A DNA stretch of 64,000 nucleotides from Zancudomyces culisetae HAW-14-8 (GCA_052426225.1 JBNJNM010000023.1:620001-684000), one strand, 5' to 3'. Positions 49,857 through 63,259 are shown, counted from the first letter of the stretch. A program made the numbers and translations. Notes: generated from the sequence alone by a model not told the origin.

Positions 49857-51385
49857 CTTGCAATTTTTTTCCTTATTATTTACTATGTATTGTATAAAAT
49901 AAAATATAAACTAATAAAACTAATAAAATACTGTAATGTAGATACGATTTGAAGCTGGTACTATAGAGATGAGTGTTATATATAAAATAATAACTATAAA
50001 AACAAATATATAGTAGTAAAAACAATAATAGTGAATATATTTATAAAACCAATATTTGAAAGGTACAGGAACGACTAAATAAATAAAAAAACAAAAAAAA
50101 TCGACCTAATGAACCATTTACATCGCTTTGAAAAAAAAATAAAAAAATTTTTTATTTCCGAACTTCCAAAACAATGTAAAAAATTAGTCTGCGACTTCAG
50201 TTTGCATTATTTGTTATTAAATTGCACCTCTACCCACAATGCTTGCTAAAAAACAAAAACAAAACAAAACAAAAACAAATCATACTCACTATGAGTGTAT
50301 ATACGAGCAAAAGGCTATCGGACACATATGTCTTGTTGTATACTCTGCTCTATCCGGCAAATTTACCACTTTTTTGGTTACAATATATATGTATTAGGCA
50401 GGTTTTTTTTGTAATCTTTTTCTCTATACCATCAAATGCAGCTTGAAAAAAACCCCTGGATATTCGCAAAAATCCGAATCATCTAACCAGAAATCTATTT
50501 TCTGCACCATTTTTTCCGCATAAATTGTATGCTCTTGATAGTCATTCCCAAGTTCTTATTTGCTTGTTTTATCAATTGAAAAGAATTTCTAGTCCATTTA
50601 TTTTCCTGAATATTTATTGTTCTTACTAAATCTGTCGAATTTTTCCTTATTTCGTTTTGAGAATGAATTGAATTTTCAAATACACATATTTGCATAGAAT
50701 GGGAAGAGGGGATTATTACGCTAACATCTGATTTTTAGGAACCATTATATTTGTGCCAGGAGAAATAAAATAATAAATTAGCAGAAGAAGTGGGGAGGAG
50801 GAGGAGGAGGAGGAAGGAAGATAAAATTTGTGTTGTTTAGGCACAATTCAACCACTGCACTAAAGTACAACACAAGAACCAAATAACCAAATAACCAAAT
50901 AACCAATTGCTTTTATTTTATTTTTTGGTTTACTCATCCTTGTATAAAAGAACAATTGCGAGTTGTTTTGTTCATTTATAAACTCGCGCCTTTCTTTGTA
51001 CACTCATTAACACCCACTTTAGGTTGAAGAAAATAAATGTGAATAAGGGTATGTACACAATACACTCGCAAAAATAATCAAATCAAAACCACAAATTACT
51101 TTTTTTTGGTTTGAGCACAGTCTCCATCATACAAGGGTGGGAAAAAATTCCAATTCATATACCTGGGATAATCAGCAAGCTACGCAAAATTTGCATTATT
51201 CTGAGTCTATTATTACACAACTTGTTTCATTTTGCATTTACTGCTTTGATAACTGTTTATATATACACAAGCGCTGCTGTTAGTGACTACTAATACTCTA
51301 TTATGTTTGCTAAAAAAGTAACCCCAAAAATCCTCAAAAAAAACTGAATTGGAGAGGTAAGAAAATATTGGGATCATATTAGTTA

Positions 51386-52775
51386 TCATGTAGTGACCTT
51401 GGGCTTCTTGTTTGAATCTCCATCACCATTATCCCTGCCAGAAACTGTGTCAAAATTGGCCCTTTTCTTTTCATTAGTCAACACAGCCATGGCTGTGGAT
51501 TTTTGGTAATACCTCCGATTATCTAAAATTATAAACACACCTGTATTAAATTTAAATACACATACACATATACATCACACTCTATTAATTGATCTTGTAT
51601 ACTCAGGTGACATTCCCCACAAAAAAATACCAAAATGGTTTACCTGAATGTAGTAATACTAGCCGAGGTATTTCAGAAATACATTGCTTGACAAGTGCTG
51701 CATTTAGCCCCGTAAATGTAACTAGGTTTGTAACATCATACGGTGACCGCAAATCAAATCCACATTCTGCACCACTGGTTATCAATATTCCTCCACTGCC
51801 CTTACCACCAGACATTACGGTTGCTCTGATTAGGCTACAGGCGTTTGATATCCATTGCCTGCGGATTGATGAGGATTCCTTCACACTCGCAGAGTAGCTC
51901 AACTCAAAGAAATATCCACACGTGTTAATCGCCTGTCGCACCGTTTTGAGCTTCAGAAAATATGGTAACCGCGATTCCATATCAATGCTTATAATATCAA
52001 TACCCTCAAAACTGCCATTGCTCGCCGAAATAAACGTTTTTTCGTTTTCGGGTATCAGTGATACAATGTCATATGCGTTTAGTATCACGTTGCTATTGTT
52101 CTATCAAAGTTAAATATTGCATATTTAGCTATACGGCTGTTTGCTTATATACATATTATGTATCAGCAGAAACAAATGGGGTGGTACTAGTCAAAAATAA
52201 AATATCATTTTCACAATAAATAAAAAAGACAAACACATATTTCTCTGCAACTTACTATTCCATAATTTTGACTGGGATCTGAAACTCGTATACTAATCCT
52301 TCTCAGTACTGTAAATGAACCTGGTTTCCTGAACTTGCTTGTCCCAAATTTCTGTGCATCATCCTTATTTTCCCAGGATAATGTTATTCCCTCCCTTTTT
52401 GGAAAATCGTCCCATATTTTCAACTAATTTTGAATTCAGTTAATTAAAATCATGCATTCATCATATACACATCGCACATGTCAGGTGCCGAAAAAACATT
52501 AGAGCTTATGTGGGCGTCTAAAACATTAACTTACCACATCCTGCGGGATTTTTCCTTCGATCACTTGATTCACAGCGACAGCTTGATACCCAACTATTAA
52601 GTTTAGCATGTTAATATAATCTTGATCATTGGTATCTACAACACTTGCAGCTATCACTACTTGACTTACGCCTTTTGGCTTCCAAAATCGTTTCCAGGAC
52701 TGGGTCCCAATTCACGGTTTTAATTTTATTCGATAGCTTGTGTACTGGAATGTTAATATTTAAATCCATCAGCAT
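51386..52775 (-). CDS. RPP1: RNase P/MRP protein subunit p30, about 5 exons
   Basis: MLMDLNIP start, GYQAVAVN, VLRRISI, YDIVSLIP, IDIISID, FFELSYS, ILITSGA..LRSPYDVTNL. Stop TGA at 51386. Confidence 0.88.
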
Positions 52776-53428
52776 TGTGTTCGTTTGTACAATCTATTAG
52801 AATCCTTGGTTCAATGTAGTTATGAATCCGTAATATTCTTTTACTCGTTCTTATTTTTCAAAGCTATAGGTTTGTTTTATTCTACATTTGCCACCTCGTT
52901 CTGTTTAAGCTATGAGAAACAGGTTCATCAGAAAAAAAATGCTAATTTACTCCTCAAATCGAAAAAAAATTTTAATTGCAGCTAAAAAAAAAACAAATTA
53001 CAAAACCCACAACCTCAATCCCCCCCCAACACCTCTTTCCTCCACACTCTTTACACCAATCTCAACTTTTCCTTGACCAAGCCAGAAGATTGTCTAGAAC
53101 CCAAACAAAACCACTATAATGAAAAACGACACATATTTTGAATATTGCTTTTTATTAAATCAAAAATATTACAAGAATACCAAATTGACTACACAGTAAT
53201 AACTAAATTTCTATACTAGAAAAGTATATACTTCATAAGCACAAAACCCCACAAGCAACAACACTTCTACATGGGGGGTTTTCCGCTTTGGCTAGTGAAA
53301 CAGATTTTTTCCTTCCTCTCTTATGCATGAGTTACGAAATCCAGACCAAACGAGAAATAAGCCCAAATACAAATAATCGCACTACAGCTATTTTACTAGT
53401 TGGCCTCTCCGGAATAGCACTTGCATGC

Positions 53429-53785
53429 TTATGCTGATGCTGATGTATACTTGGTGACTGCCTTTGTTCCTTCTGAAACAGCGTGCTTGGCCAATTCACC
53501 TGGAAGCAAAAGTCGCACAGCAGTTTGAATCTCGCGCGAGCTGATTGTTGATCTCTTGTTGTATGCTGCGAGTTTGGATGCCTCAGATGCAATTCTCTCA
53601 AAGATATCATTTACAAATGAGTTCAGGATTGACATAGCCTTGTTGGAAATACCAGTATCGGGGTGCACCTGGCGGAGGACCTTGTAGATGTAAGATGAGT
53701 ATGTTTCCTTGCGGGCTGAGCGGCGGGCCTTCTTCTCTGATCCCTCCTTTGATGGCTTGGTTGGTTGTGAGCTCTTTGGTGGCAT
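53429..53785 (-). CDS. HTB1: Histone H2B
   Basis: [47 protein letters not shown]. Confidence 0.99.
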   Translation of the reverse strand: MPPKSSQPTKPSKEGSEKKARRSARKETYSSYIYKVLRQVHPDTGISNKAMSILNSFVNDIFERIASEASKLAAYNKRSTISSREIQTAVRLLLPGELAKHAVSEGTKAVTKYTSASA

Positions 53786-54404
53786 TTTCTTTTTCTGTAG
53801 GTTTGGCTGTTTTTTTTTTTTGCTGCTTTCCGCTGTTCAAAAAATAAAAAGTATATATATATTTTATTATTATTCACAAGATTTTGAAAGTGGAAGTCAA
53901 AGAAATTCTATGGTTTTATATAATTTTTTTTCTACTAGAATTCACACAACTAGATATTATAATTTATTAACGCTTTTGTTCAACTACAACATACATAAAA
54001 AAATCTACACCCAACAATTAAACATGCTTTTGTCTTTAGCAATTTTGCGAATATAATCGAGTTATGCTTTAAGCGCTTTTAATAGGACAGTGTTTGCATT
54101 TTCGCGTTGAGTTTTGTTGTCGAAATTAGTGCAACCGCAAATTATAGTGATACATTTCTATCACTTTGAAATGAAGCAAAAAAATAAAATAAAATCTGAT
54201 TGTTTGGTCAATTGGCGATAATTTGAATTTTTCTAGAAATGCACACAGTTTCCAAATTGTGGGTTTCTGATTTTTGATCAAGCCATTTTCAAAAACTAAG
54301 AAGGCTAACTATTTATTTAAAGCGCCCCCTCCAAACCATCTAAAGAAAATAGTGATTAATTTGTGTATTCTAATTACCAAATTTTTACTGCGTACCATCT
54401 ACTT

Positions 54405-54490
54405 CCCCTACGCGTTTTAAGCGCTGGTCCAATAATTTTATTGAAATCGAGGCTATGATTCGCGAACGCGCACGCGTGAACTTACGTGTT
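54405..54490. promoter_or_regulatory. Cluster of MCB-like ACGCGT/CGCG elements in the bidirectional histone promoter
   Basis: ACGCGT at 54410-54415 and 54472-54477, CGCGAACGCG at 54461-54470, in an otherwise CG-poor spacer. Confidence 0.5.
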
Positions 54491-55675
54491 ACCAAACGCA
54501 TAAAATGTCAATAAAATAAAAACGTAGATTGGGGTGTTTTCGCATTTGATAAATAAACTGAATATCTGGATTAGCCAATAATTATATGCAGTAGAGTTTT
54601 TTAGTATCAAAAAATGAACAAAAATTAGATTGGAAATGAAAAATTCCGCAATTTATCCTATTTTGTCTAACGCTTTTCAGAAACGAATAGTTTTTATATC
54701 GTGTTTATTAAATAAATTTACCTAAAAAAAATTCAGAAAAAAACATTTTTTATTTTGGCGTTCTAGTCTTAGAACCCAAAATCGCGAGATAAAAGCTGTC
54801 TTTTTCAAACAAAGCTTACGCAATTGCCACTATTTTTGTATTTACAATAGCAAACTTAACGTGCCGTGTCTCTACTTCAGGTTCATAAAAAATCCAAACA
54901 AAAACGTTGAGCATTTTTAAGCTTTATAGGTAAATCCATCTAGGCTGATTATCTTTAGAATACTTTGACGTGTTGTACTTAAAAAACAGTTAGAAACAAC
55001 GTCCTCACCTTCAATATTCTTGGAATTAGTAATCATTTGTAGCTGTTTTTTTGAATTGTAGACACTGTCCACTTTGGGTTCAAAGTCTGACCATTGCTTT
55101 TCGGAAATATAATAAAAATCTGAGTAATTTTTCATTTAACAATTTTTGTACATTCAACATGAAAGTGCTATTGTTTTCCACACAGGTAATTGCTACCTCT
55201 AACAAGATAAGGGCTGTTGAGGGGATGGAAGAATAATTGAGATTTAATTCGTTTTTGGAACATTTAACATTTTCAAAAAAAAATTGAATTTTATTCGCTG
55301 CAATAAAAATACAAAATATTTGAATTTCAATTTCATCAACGCGGATTAAACACGTAAAATAGGAAAAATGTAAAAAATAAAAATCAAGTACAATTCGTGA
55401 ACCATTTTGTTGCGCCTAACCTGGAGACTTGCTCATTTTTTCAATTTGGACTTTTTTTTTTGTATATGCATTTTTAAAATAACTCGAACTGGAGATGAAA
55501 AAATATAAAAGAAACAGTTTGTGGCGGACAAGGTTATATTTTATATCATCGATATTTGTCTTTGAATAATAAACAAAATTCCTGTAATTTAAGTTAAGAG
55601 AAATCTTACGACCAAAGATACTTGTAACAAGTAAAATAGCAACACAAACCAAAACCAACCTTTAAAACAGAAAAA

Positions 55676-56083
55676 ATGGCCGGAGGAAAGTCAGGAGGTA
55701 AAGCTGCAGTTTCAAGCTCAAAATCATCATCAACCACCCGTTCAGCAAAGGCAGGGATTCAATTTCCAGTAGGAAGAATCCACAGACACTTGAAGAACGG
55801 AAACTACGCACAAAGAATTGCTGCTGGTGCTCCAGTATACCTTGCAGCAGTTTTGGAATACTTGACCGCTGAAATTCTTGAATTGGCCGGAAATGCTGCT
55901 AGAGATAACAAGAAGTCTCGTATCATCCCAAGACACTTGCAATTGGCAATCAGAAACGATGAGGAATTGAACAAGCTTTTGGGAAGTGTAACCATTGCTC
56001 AAGGTGGTGTACTACCAAACATCCACGCAACTCTGCTTCCAACCAAGAAGGGAAAGAAGGAGGGTGAGTCCCAAGAAATGTAA
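55676..56083 (+). CDS. HTA1: Histone H2A with C-terminal SQ motif
   Basis: [48 protein letters not shown]-terminal SQEM. Confidence 0.99.
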   Translation: MAGGKSGGKAAVSSSKSSSTTRSAKAGIQFPVGRIHRHLKNGNYAQRIAAGAPVYLAAVLEYLTAEILELAGNAARDNKKSRIIPRHLQLAIRNDEELNKLLGSVTIAQGGVLPNIHATLLPTKKGKKEGESQEM

Positions 56084-56733
56084 ATTGCGTGCTAAGTTGC
56101 GTTTTTCTTTTTTTTGGTTCAGGGTCGTTGTCCTTATGTCTTCAAGGACTTGTGCAAATATGTAATGAAGGGTCTCTGTGCGTTTTTAGTGATACCAGCA
56201 CTAGCATCTGTGTTAAAATATTATTGATATTATGTTATACTATTTTGGTTACTTGATTATACAATAGTTGATTTTGTGTACAATATTTTTGTCTTTACAA
56301 AATAAATTTGTTAAAATATTTTCAATGTAGCCTAAACATTTTTTGTTTTTGAAAACCTTAGCGTTATTTGAATGCCTATGCGGTTGTAACTAGTGAGGAG
56401 TAATAATGATAGAGTGGTAGTTGTGACAGTGTAGTTACATGGTTTTTAACCTGGTAGTTTTCACTTGGAAAAAGTGTGGTGCGTATGAACAACATTGGCA
56501 AGCACGCTGAAATGTTTAAATTCTGACTACTTTTCCTGTTATAAGGTGGCAGGACAAGCAAATAAAAACAACCTACTGTATAATAGAATTGTGATTAAAT
56601 ACGAATTTTAAACTTTGACATTGAACTAAGATGCATTGATAATCTATTCTGATATAACCAAGTGAAGCCATGAGGCGGATTTAAAGGCTATTTTAGTAAA
56701 ATATGATTTTTTCAAGTGTTAAACTTGCGCACA

Positions 56734-56804
56734 GCGTTAGTAGTATAGCGGTAGAATAGTTGCCTTCCAAGCAATTGGCCCGGGTTCGACTCCCGGCTGA
56801 CGCA
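56734..56804 (+). tRNA. tRNA-Gly(TCC), intronless
   Basis: Acceptor stem GCGTTAG/CTGACGC, anticodon arm GTTGC-CTTCCAA-GCAAT, T arm CCGGG-TTCGACT-CCCGG, followed by a TTTT Pol III terminator. Confidence 0.97.
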
Positions 56805-58755
56805 TCTCTTTTGCCTATCTTGTATATGTAGAATATACATAGTTCTTTTTATTCGCCAACTTATCTCTGCCCGTTCTCCATTCTTTTTTTCGAATTACTC
56901 ACGCACATGTGTTTAACTATGTTTGTGAACTAGCGGGTAAGCACTACATTTCTCTTCGTACAATATTGTATTCTTGTTTTTGGTTTTTATTTTTTAAAAC
57001 TACATGACCAAAGTACATAATTTCTACTTTTGGTCGATCATCAACTATTTCTATGCATATAACCATCAACTCTGCTCTTTTTCCTAGAATAATAAATGCT
57101 TGAATGTACTATACCTTTACCAGCACGGCCTACATTTAGTCTAAGCTCATGTCTTTCTTTAGTTTTCTGAGTTAGTAAACATCATCCTTAATCCGTATAC
57201 CTTTTTAAAAAAATTCGATATCTTAAACCGTCCATTTTAGTGATTTGAGCCTTTTTAGTTTATACCAAAAATAGCAAAAATGAAAGAGACAAAGTGAAAT
57301 AATAAAACTGTGTTGTGATAAACTTGGCAATGTTACAAGGTATTCATACTTTATGACCTACAGTTATTAGTGCGTATATTTTGCTTTGCTTCGACACGTG
57401 TCGATCTCTTCTCGCCAAGATGTCGGTACTACACGCATTATATAAACAAACACACCTGCTTTCTATACCCACGAGAGATATAATGTTTTTATAGGCTTTA
57501 TAAAATAAAAGAGGAACTAGCCACCACATTTGAACATGAGGTATATTACACGGTTGTTGTGTTTCATTCTATATGTTTCTGGTTCTAAAAAAAAGAGAGG
57601 GAAATAGCCAAAAATAGTTACCACATTTCTGTGTATTTGTGATGTGTTTTGCACGTAACACAATTATTTTTTGCTATACTCGGTTCTAGTGTTAAAGAAA
57701 AAAAAACAATTGCATGCCCATGTCCATTACGATAGCTTTGAGTGTGTGTTGGTATTAACTCAGCTTTCTATTTCAGCTCCTAGACTTTGGTTTAAAATGT
57801 TTTTCACCAATCATAATTTAGATCTGCGGGTTCTTGTTCTAGTTTTGCTTAAATTAATTTTTTTATTTTTTTATAACGAAAATCTAAAAATTATTTGCAC
57901 CTCGCTAAATGGCAGGTTTTTTAGCTGAAGAAAAAAAGGGTAAATTACCATTAGATTAAAAACAAAATCCGAGACAAATTAAAAGCTCCTCTCCTCCTAT
58001 ACTTTGTCTTCCCCTCTCCACAACTTTATTAAGACATCAATAACTAGACTCAAGTGAAATTAAATAGTTTGTGTCTAGTATAAGAGTAGAACAAAATGAG
58101 CAAATACTAGCACTGCTTCTATAAATATTTATTTTATGTTTGCCACTCAACGGCCTAAAGAAGAATATGGAGTCTTGAATTAAAGGCAAAAAAAAAAGCT
58201 TACGGGATCCGATAAAGTAATAATCATTACACACACCACAGACCCAGTATTGAAAGTTATATAGCTTATTGTTTACCGCAGACTATTTTTTTTAAAAGTT
58301 TTCTGCTTGAATTAGCTGAGCTACTTTTTTTTCTTTATTGTATATTGTTGGTTTCCATTTATTCACATCATCACTTTTATTTGAGGGTTTGCATATATAA
58401 TAGCTTAAATAATAGTGGGTATAGTGAATGTGTTGTATATTCTTTGGAAATAGAGAGAACTAGGTCTATATCAAACAAAAAAACTAGGAAAAAACTTGGT
58501 GTTATATAAAACTAAACCAGAAACGGAGGGTATAGAGCCAATACCTTAATTTGCTAGTTATAAATATAAGCTAATGCGGCAATCCCTATTAATGATGATA
58601 TTATAAAACTAAAATTTTAAGGCAGTAAAAATAATACAAAGATCAGGAAGAGACTTGACTAGCTAATAGCGGTATAAAATAACCGAAAGTGAATTTTAAC
58701 AATTTTGCAAGCATTAAATACTTTCAAGTTGAAACTACAAACAGATAATAATAAC

Positions 58756-59703
58756 ATGCTGGAAGTAAAAAAGTACCCGCTGGAGTCGCACAATAATGCC
58801 TTGGTCCAACAATCTAAAAAACTCGATCGGTTGCTGGACAAATACTCCCGATATAAGAATGGTTTAACAGGGCTTAACGACTTGTTCAAATCGCTGAGCA
58901 TTACTAAAAAAGAGCAGGGAGATAACAATGATAATGGACATTCTAATTATCCACGATTACTGAATATAATAAAAACAGTCAGCCTGTCTGACCTTGATAC
59001 CAATTTATGTATAGATGGAGCTAAAGTGCGAGCAAGTATACTAAAGCTCGGTAACATTGGTAAAACCTTTGGTAAAAAATCGTCAAGCAAGCTAAAAACA
59101 GATTTCAAGTTGATTGAAAATACAAGCAAGCTGTTAAAAAAGTACAAAAAGTATTCAAGAATAAAACCAGAAAATACAGCCTTGGATAGTACAAAGGATG
59201 CATTTAACGAAAAACGCCTTGAGAAAAAAAATGGTTCCTCGAATTTAGGTAGCTCAAAAAAACCAACAGGTAAGACTGCTATCACTGAAAATAAATACTA
59301 TAACGCCCAAAAAAACTACTCCCCTGGTGCCGACAATGACGGCACCATGACCATTAAAAAGACATTATCTGACGACGACAGTAATGGTTCCACCAGGTCC
59401 TCGGTAACACTCACAGATGAAATTGGAAATGAGCTGGATTATGGTACCGCTAGGCATTTATACATAACTAGTAGATCCAAGCTGCTATCGAGTAGGAAAT
59501 TGCCCTTACTACAACTGATTTTAATCAAGAACGTTTTAAAAAACTCTAGTGCTGTTTGTTCTAGATTAAGGGCGAGAAAAAAGGAACAGCGAAAACCAAA
59601 CACAGAAGTAGTGTTTGACGACAACTTTTCAAATGAAGACTATCCAGAAAGGAGATGGTCCAACCGAAACAGTAGAAGACATTCCAAAAAGCATGTGCGA
59701 TAA
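58756..59703 (+). CDS. Lys/Asn-rich protein of unknown function
   Basis: About 315-aa open frame from the first ATG. No recognisable domain except a weak C-terminal helical motif. Confidence 0.65.
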   Translation: MLEVKKYPLESHNNALVQQSKKLDRLLDKYSRYKNGLTGLNDLFKSLSITKKEQGDNNDNGHSNYPRLLNIIKTVSLSDLDTNLCIDGAKVRASILKLGNIGKTFGKKSSSKLKTDFKLIENTSKLLKKYKKYSRIKPENTALDSTKDAFNEKRLEKKNGSSNLGSSKKPTGKTAITENKYYNAQKNYSPGADNDGTMTIKKTLSDDDSNGSTRSSVTLTDEIGNELDYGTARHLYITSRSKLLSSRKLPLLQLILIKNVLKNSSAVCSRLRARKKEQRKPNTEVVFDDNFSNEDYPERRWSNRNSRRHSKKHVR

Positions 59704-59767
59704 AAGATAATTGTTTTTTTTGTAGTGTTTGAGTCTACATTAATATTGTTGTGACTAGTGTTTTCTT

Positions 59768-59789
59768 ATATATATATATATATATATAT
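59768..59789 (+). repeat. (TA)n microsatellite
   Basis: Directly visible. Confidence 0.85.
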
Positions 59790-60357
59790 GCTAGAATGTG
59801 ATTGATAATTACTTAAATTAATAAATGAAAGTTATGACAGATAGCTAAGGATATAGCTAAAGGGTGTCATACTATTTTCTGAAACAAAAAGATATCAAAT
59901 CGAGTAAAATATATATTCACCTTCAACCGACCATTATTTTTATTATTTTTATTTTTATGCTTCTAAACAAAGGGCTCAAGAGATGTCCGGAGTTATCTCT
60001 ATTAAGGATGCTTGCTTTTATAAAGTGCTTATAATACACTTTTAAAATACATAATATTTTTGGACAGTTAAGGCAATTTTAGAACCTTAACACCATGTGC
60101 CGATTGAACCAAGTGGAATCAATCCATCCAGAACATAGCCAGTAAGGTAGGTGGGGGGCTATCGATTTAGTCAAAATAGTTTTTAAATTGCTAAAAGCAT
60201 CAACTAAAATATGGGGCTTTTTTTTTAAAAAAAATTGTATTTGTAAAGTACAGCTCCAGTAATAATACAACCACTGTATAAAACACACTAATCTTAAAAC
60301 AAACAACCAAACCGGTAAAAAAAGGCACAGGATAGCGGAATAAGAAAACGACAAATA

Positions 60358-61261
60358 ATGGACACTACAGAAATGGAAATAGAATCCTTAGCACCAGTCG
60401 AGATTCAAAACAATGAATTTGGCACCAGTCATGGTACGAATATATGTTTATGATTTATAGTATGAAAGAACATGAAAATTGCCACAAGAATACTTATCCC
60501 TCTTTAATTGTAAAAAAAAAAAATACCTAAAAGGTAAAAGCAAGTATGTTTTTTCACAAAGTGAGATTAAAGTAAACCTCATCGAGAATGTGAAATGAAT
60601 GGGGAAGGAGGCGATTTATGGAGCTATAGAATTTACATCTACCTACAAACACAAATGGCATATTACCTTGTAAGTAGCACGATTAATATGTAAAACTGTA
60701 TTAAACGAAAATAGACGAACCAAAAGAAGAAAAGGCTGTTGACGTTGTGATTGAGCAACCTCAAAGATGTAAGTTTTTGTCTCAACTATTAGTGCTAATC
60801 TTAACCAACAAAAAGAGAAATGAAGCATGTAAAAGAAAATGTGAAACAAAAACCAAATAGCAATAGAGGGGTGGGTAATCTTGGTTACAGGTATTCACGA
60901 AGAGGCTAGGGAAGAAGATTTGCTAGATGCTTTTGGAGAATATGGCGAAATCAAAAATATTCACCTGAATTTAGATCGTAGAACCGGCTTTGTCAAGGGA
61001 TATGCACTTCTAGAATTCGGTACATACAAAGAAGCTCGAGAGTTGGTAGAAAAAGCAAATGACACCAAGCTCCTAGGCCAAACTATTCGAACCTCCTTTG
61101 CATTTGTGAGTCAAGACGACGAGGAAGAGGAGGCAAGTCATAATGGACACAGCTATAGAGATGGTAGTGATGGCAATAGGCGGAGGAGGGAGAGGGCGAG
61201 AGGGAAAGGGAGTTTTGGCAGGGATAATGACAGATTTTCACGAAGCCCGGCAAGGAGATGA
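60358..61261 (+). CDS. RBM8A: Exon junction complex subunit Y14 (RBM8A), 3 exons
   Basis: Exons 60358-60433, 60715-60768 and 60861-61261 reconstruct [19 protein letters not shown] and [19 protein letters not shown], followed by an RS-like tail. Confidence 0.93.
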
Positions 61262-61549
61262 GGGTTGGATAAAGGGGCATTTCTGTTCAATATTAGATAC
61301 TCCCTGTGTAACAAAATAGCAGAAAAAAGCAACAAAGCAAAAGGATTTTTTTAATAAATAATTTGATTATAAGTTATGCGTGAAAATGAAAAATGAATCA
61401 TTCAATCGCTCTTTTTTTTTTGGATCATAAAATAAATATGGATAATACGGCCCCCTAGGAAAGGGGGGAAGGAATGAAAAAGAAAGAGAAAAAGAAAGAA
61501 GATGCGTGTGTTTGTATGTTAATAATAGCTGTACAAAATTCTGACAAAT

Positions 61550-63259
61550 TTAGAAAATATTCAAGGTGCTATTGAGAGCATCAACTTGTCTGGAATCTTC
61601 ACTAGGTTTTCTAGCGGTTTTTAGTGAAGAAGATGATATGTTTGCACTCGAAGAATAAATATCGAGAGTGCTCAAAGAGGTGAGGGTATAGGCAGAGGGA
61701 GGGGAGGTAGGCGCTTCTTGAGTACCATTTGTGGTAGGATTGGAGGTAGAATTAGTTGTAGAAATAGTAGCAGAATTAATAGCAGGATTAATAGCAGGGT
61801 TGGCGAGATAATTTACGGAAAGAAAAGAGCCGTTATGCCTACTAGGTATCCATTTGGTGCTGTTACTGCTACTGTTGCTGCCATTACCATCTCTGTTGCC
61901 ACTAGGACCATTTGGCTGAGACTCTGGAAAGAATTTAGCAAAAGAGGAAATAGGAATATTTGGCGAGCTGTGAATCCGATGATTTACAAGTGGATCAATG
62001 TTACTACTGGCGGAATATAGTCGGGATTTACCAAAGTTATTCGACGCGTATCTAAGCGGTGGTAATCTGTTTGCTGCTATTTGTTCATTATTGTTGCTAG
62101 TAATACTTATATTTTTAATTCTATATGTTGCGTTAGCTGAATTTCCACTGATTGATCGATTGGAAATACTTCTATTTTTGTTGTGGTATAATGACAAATT
62201 GTTGTTCATCCTTTTGTTTGGCATCAACAGCTCATCCGCGTCACCACCAGAATAGTATCTTTTGTTCTCAAAAATAGAAAGATCGCTGCCTGTGCGTTTT
62301 TGATACTCTGGCGGTTTAACAGTAGTGGGTAAAGCCAACTGCGTGGGCGTCAATATGCGATGCTCGTTGGCGTGCTGAGCCATGTGATGAAAGTGGTATG
62401 AATGACTCCGTTGCTCCACATTAAGAGGCATGGACTCGCTACCATAATCTTCGGGCAATATACCATCCTCGTCGCCATTGATATCTAATACCAGCTCAGG
62501 GTAGATACCTGGAGGAATAGTAATTGCAGGAAAGTCTGGGTCAGTCGATGGTGTTAGCAACCGACCACTCTCTATATCTTCTTTGTAGAAATACGTAACT
62601 ATGTGCAATTTTTTGCCGTCTAGTGTCTTAATCGAGAGCGCCTTTTTCATAATTCCGTTTTTTTTAGGGTGGCCTGATTGTGGATGACCACTTATACTCA
62701 TTTCTCCATATCGTCTGTTGTTAATGTTATTAATATCATCGCTGTTGCCGTTATATCTGTTATCTCCTAGTATTACATTTTTCATTCCATAAGCATTACG
62801 TTCTAGCACGCTTGTAGCTCCTGGTTGTTCGCCTATCATCATCTGCAGGCTCCCGCTGCCTTCACCACCACCATTGTACATGTATTGTCCACCAGTATCG
62901 ATTTTGTGTATTATTTTTCTTTTATCTAATTCATCTTCTTGCTCTGTGCCACGTCCCTGATAGCTCATAAATCCACCAGTATTGCCTTTTACTACTGCTC
63001 TTCGTCTACCTGACCATTCCTGGTAGCAGAGGAATGCTCCCTGTACTCGGGATGGCGACCAAAATTTCCCGTCAGTCCATCGTCGCATACTCGACTCCTT
63101 CTCATCCCAAACAAACACAGATCCCGATCTTATTGTTGAACGCTCAAAATCACTCAACCGCCTTTGGACTCGCTTTTTATAACCAAGCCTACAGGCCTCA
63201 AATATTAACAATGCGTCATTCGTGGTTTCTATAACCCCGTAATATGTTTCCAAGTTCAT
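61550..63259 (-). CDS. Gti1/Pac2 (WOPR) family transcription factor
   Basis: TYYGVIETTNDALLIFEACRLG, IRSGSVFVWDE, RRWTDGKFWSPSR, second lobe GIMKKALSI..LHIVTYF. Confidence 0.93.
   Translation of the reverse strand: MNLETYYGVIETTNDALLIFEACRLGYKKRVQRRLSDFERSTIRSGSVFVWDEKESSMRRWTDGKFWSPSRVQGAFLCYQEWSGRRRAVVKGNTGGFMSYQGRGTEQEDELDKRKIIHKIDTGGQYMYNGGGEGSGSLQMMIGEQPGATSVLERNAYGMKNVILGDNRYNGNSDDINNINNRRYGEMSISGHPQSGHPKKNGIMKKALSIKTLDGKKLHIVTYFYKEDIESGRLLTPSTDPDFPAITIPPGIYPELVLDINGDEDGILPEDYGSESMPLNVEQRSHSYHFHHMAQHANEHRILTPTQLALPTTVKPPEYQKRTGSDLSIFENKRYYSGGDADELLMPNKRMNNNLSLYHNKNRSISNRSISGNSANATYRIKNISITSNNNEQIAANRLPPLRYASNNFGKSRLYSASSNIDPLVNHRIHSSPNIPISSFAKFFPESQPNGPSGNRDGNGSNSSSNSTKWIPSRHNGSFLSVNYLANPAINPAINSATISTTNSTSNPTTNGTQEAPTSPPSAYTLTSLSTLDIYSSSANISSSSLKTARKPSEDSRQVDALNSTLNIF

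Noticed and set aside
56129-56149. Hairpin GTCCTT-N8-AAGGAC after the H2A stop, considered as a histone stem-loop
   Set aside because: Does not fit the 6-bp stem/4-nt loop consensus and has no counterpart after H2B.
37113-61261. Apparent clustering of RNA-processing genes (CLP1, PUB1, RPP1, tRNA, Y14)
   Set aside because: Interspersed with unrelated genes, with no shared motif. Compatible with chance in a compact genome.
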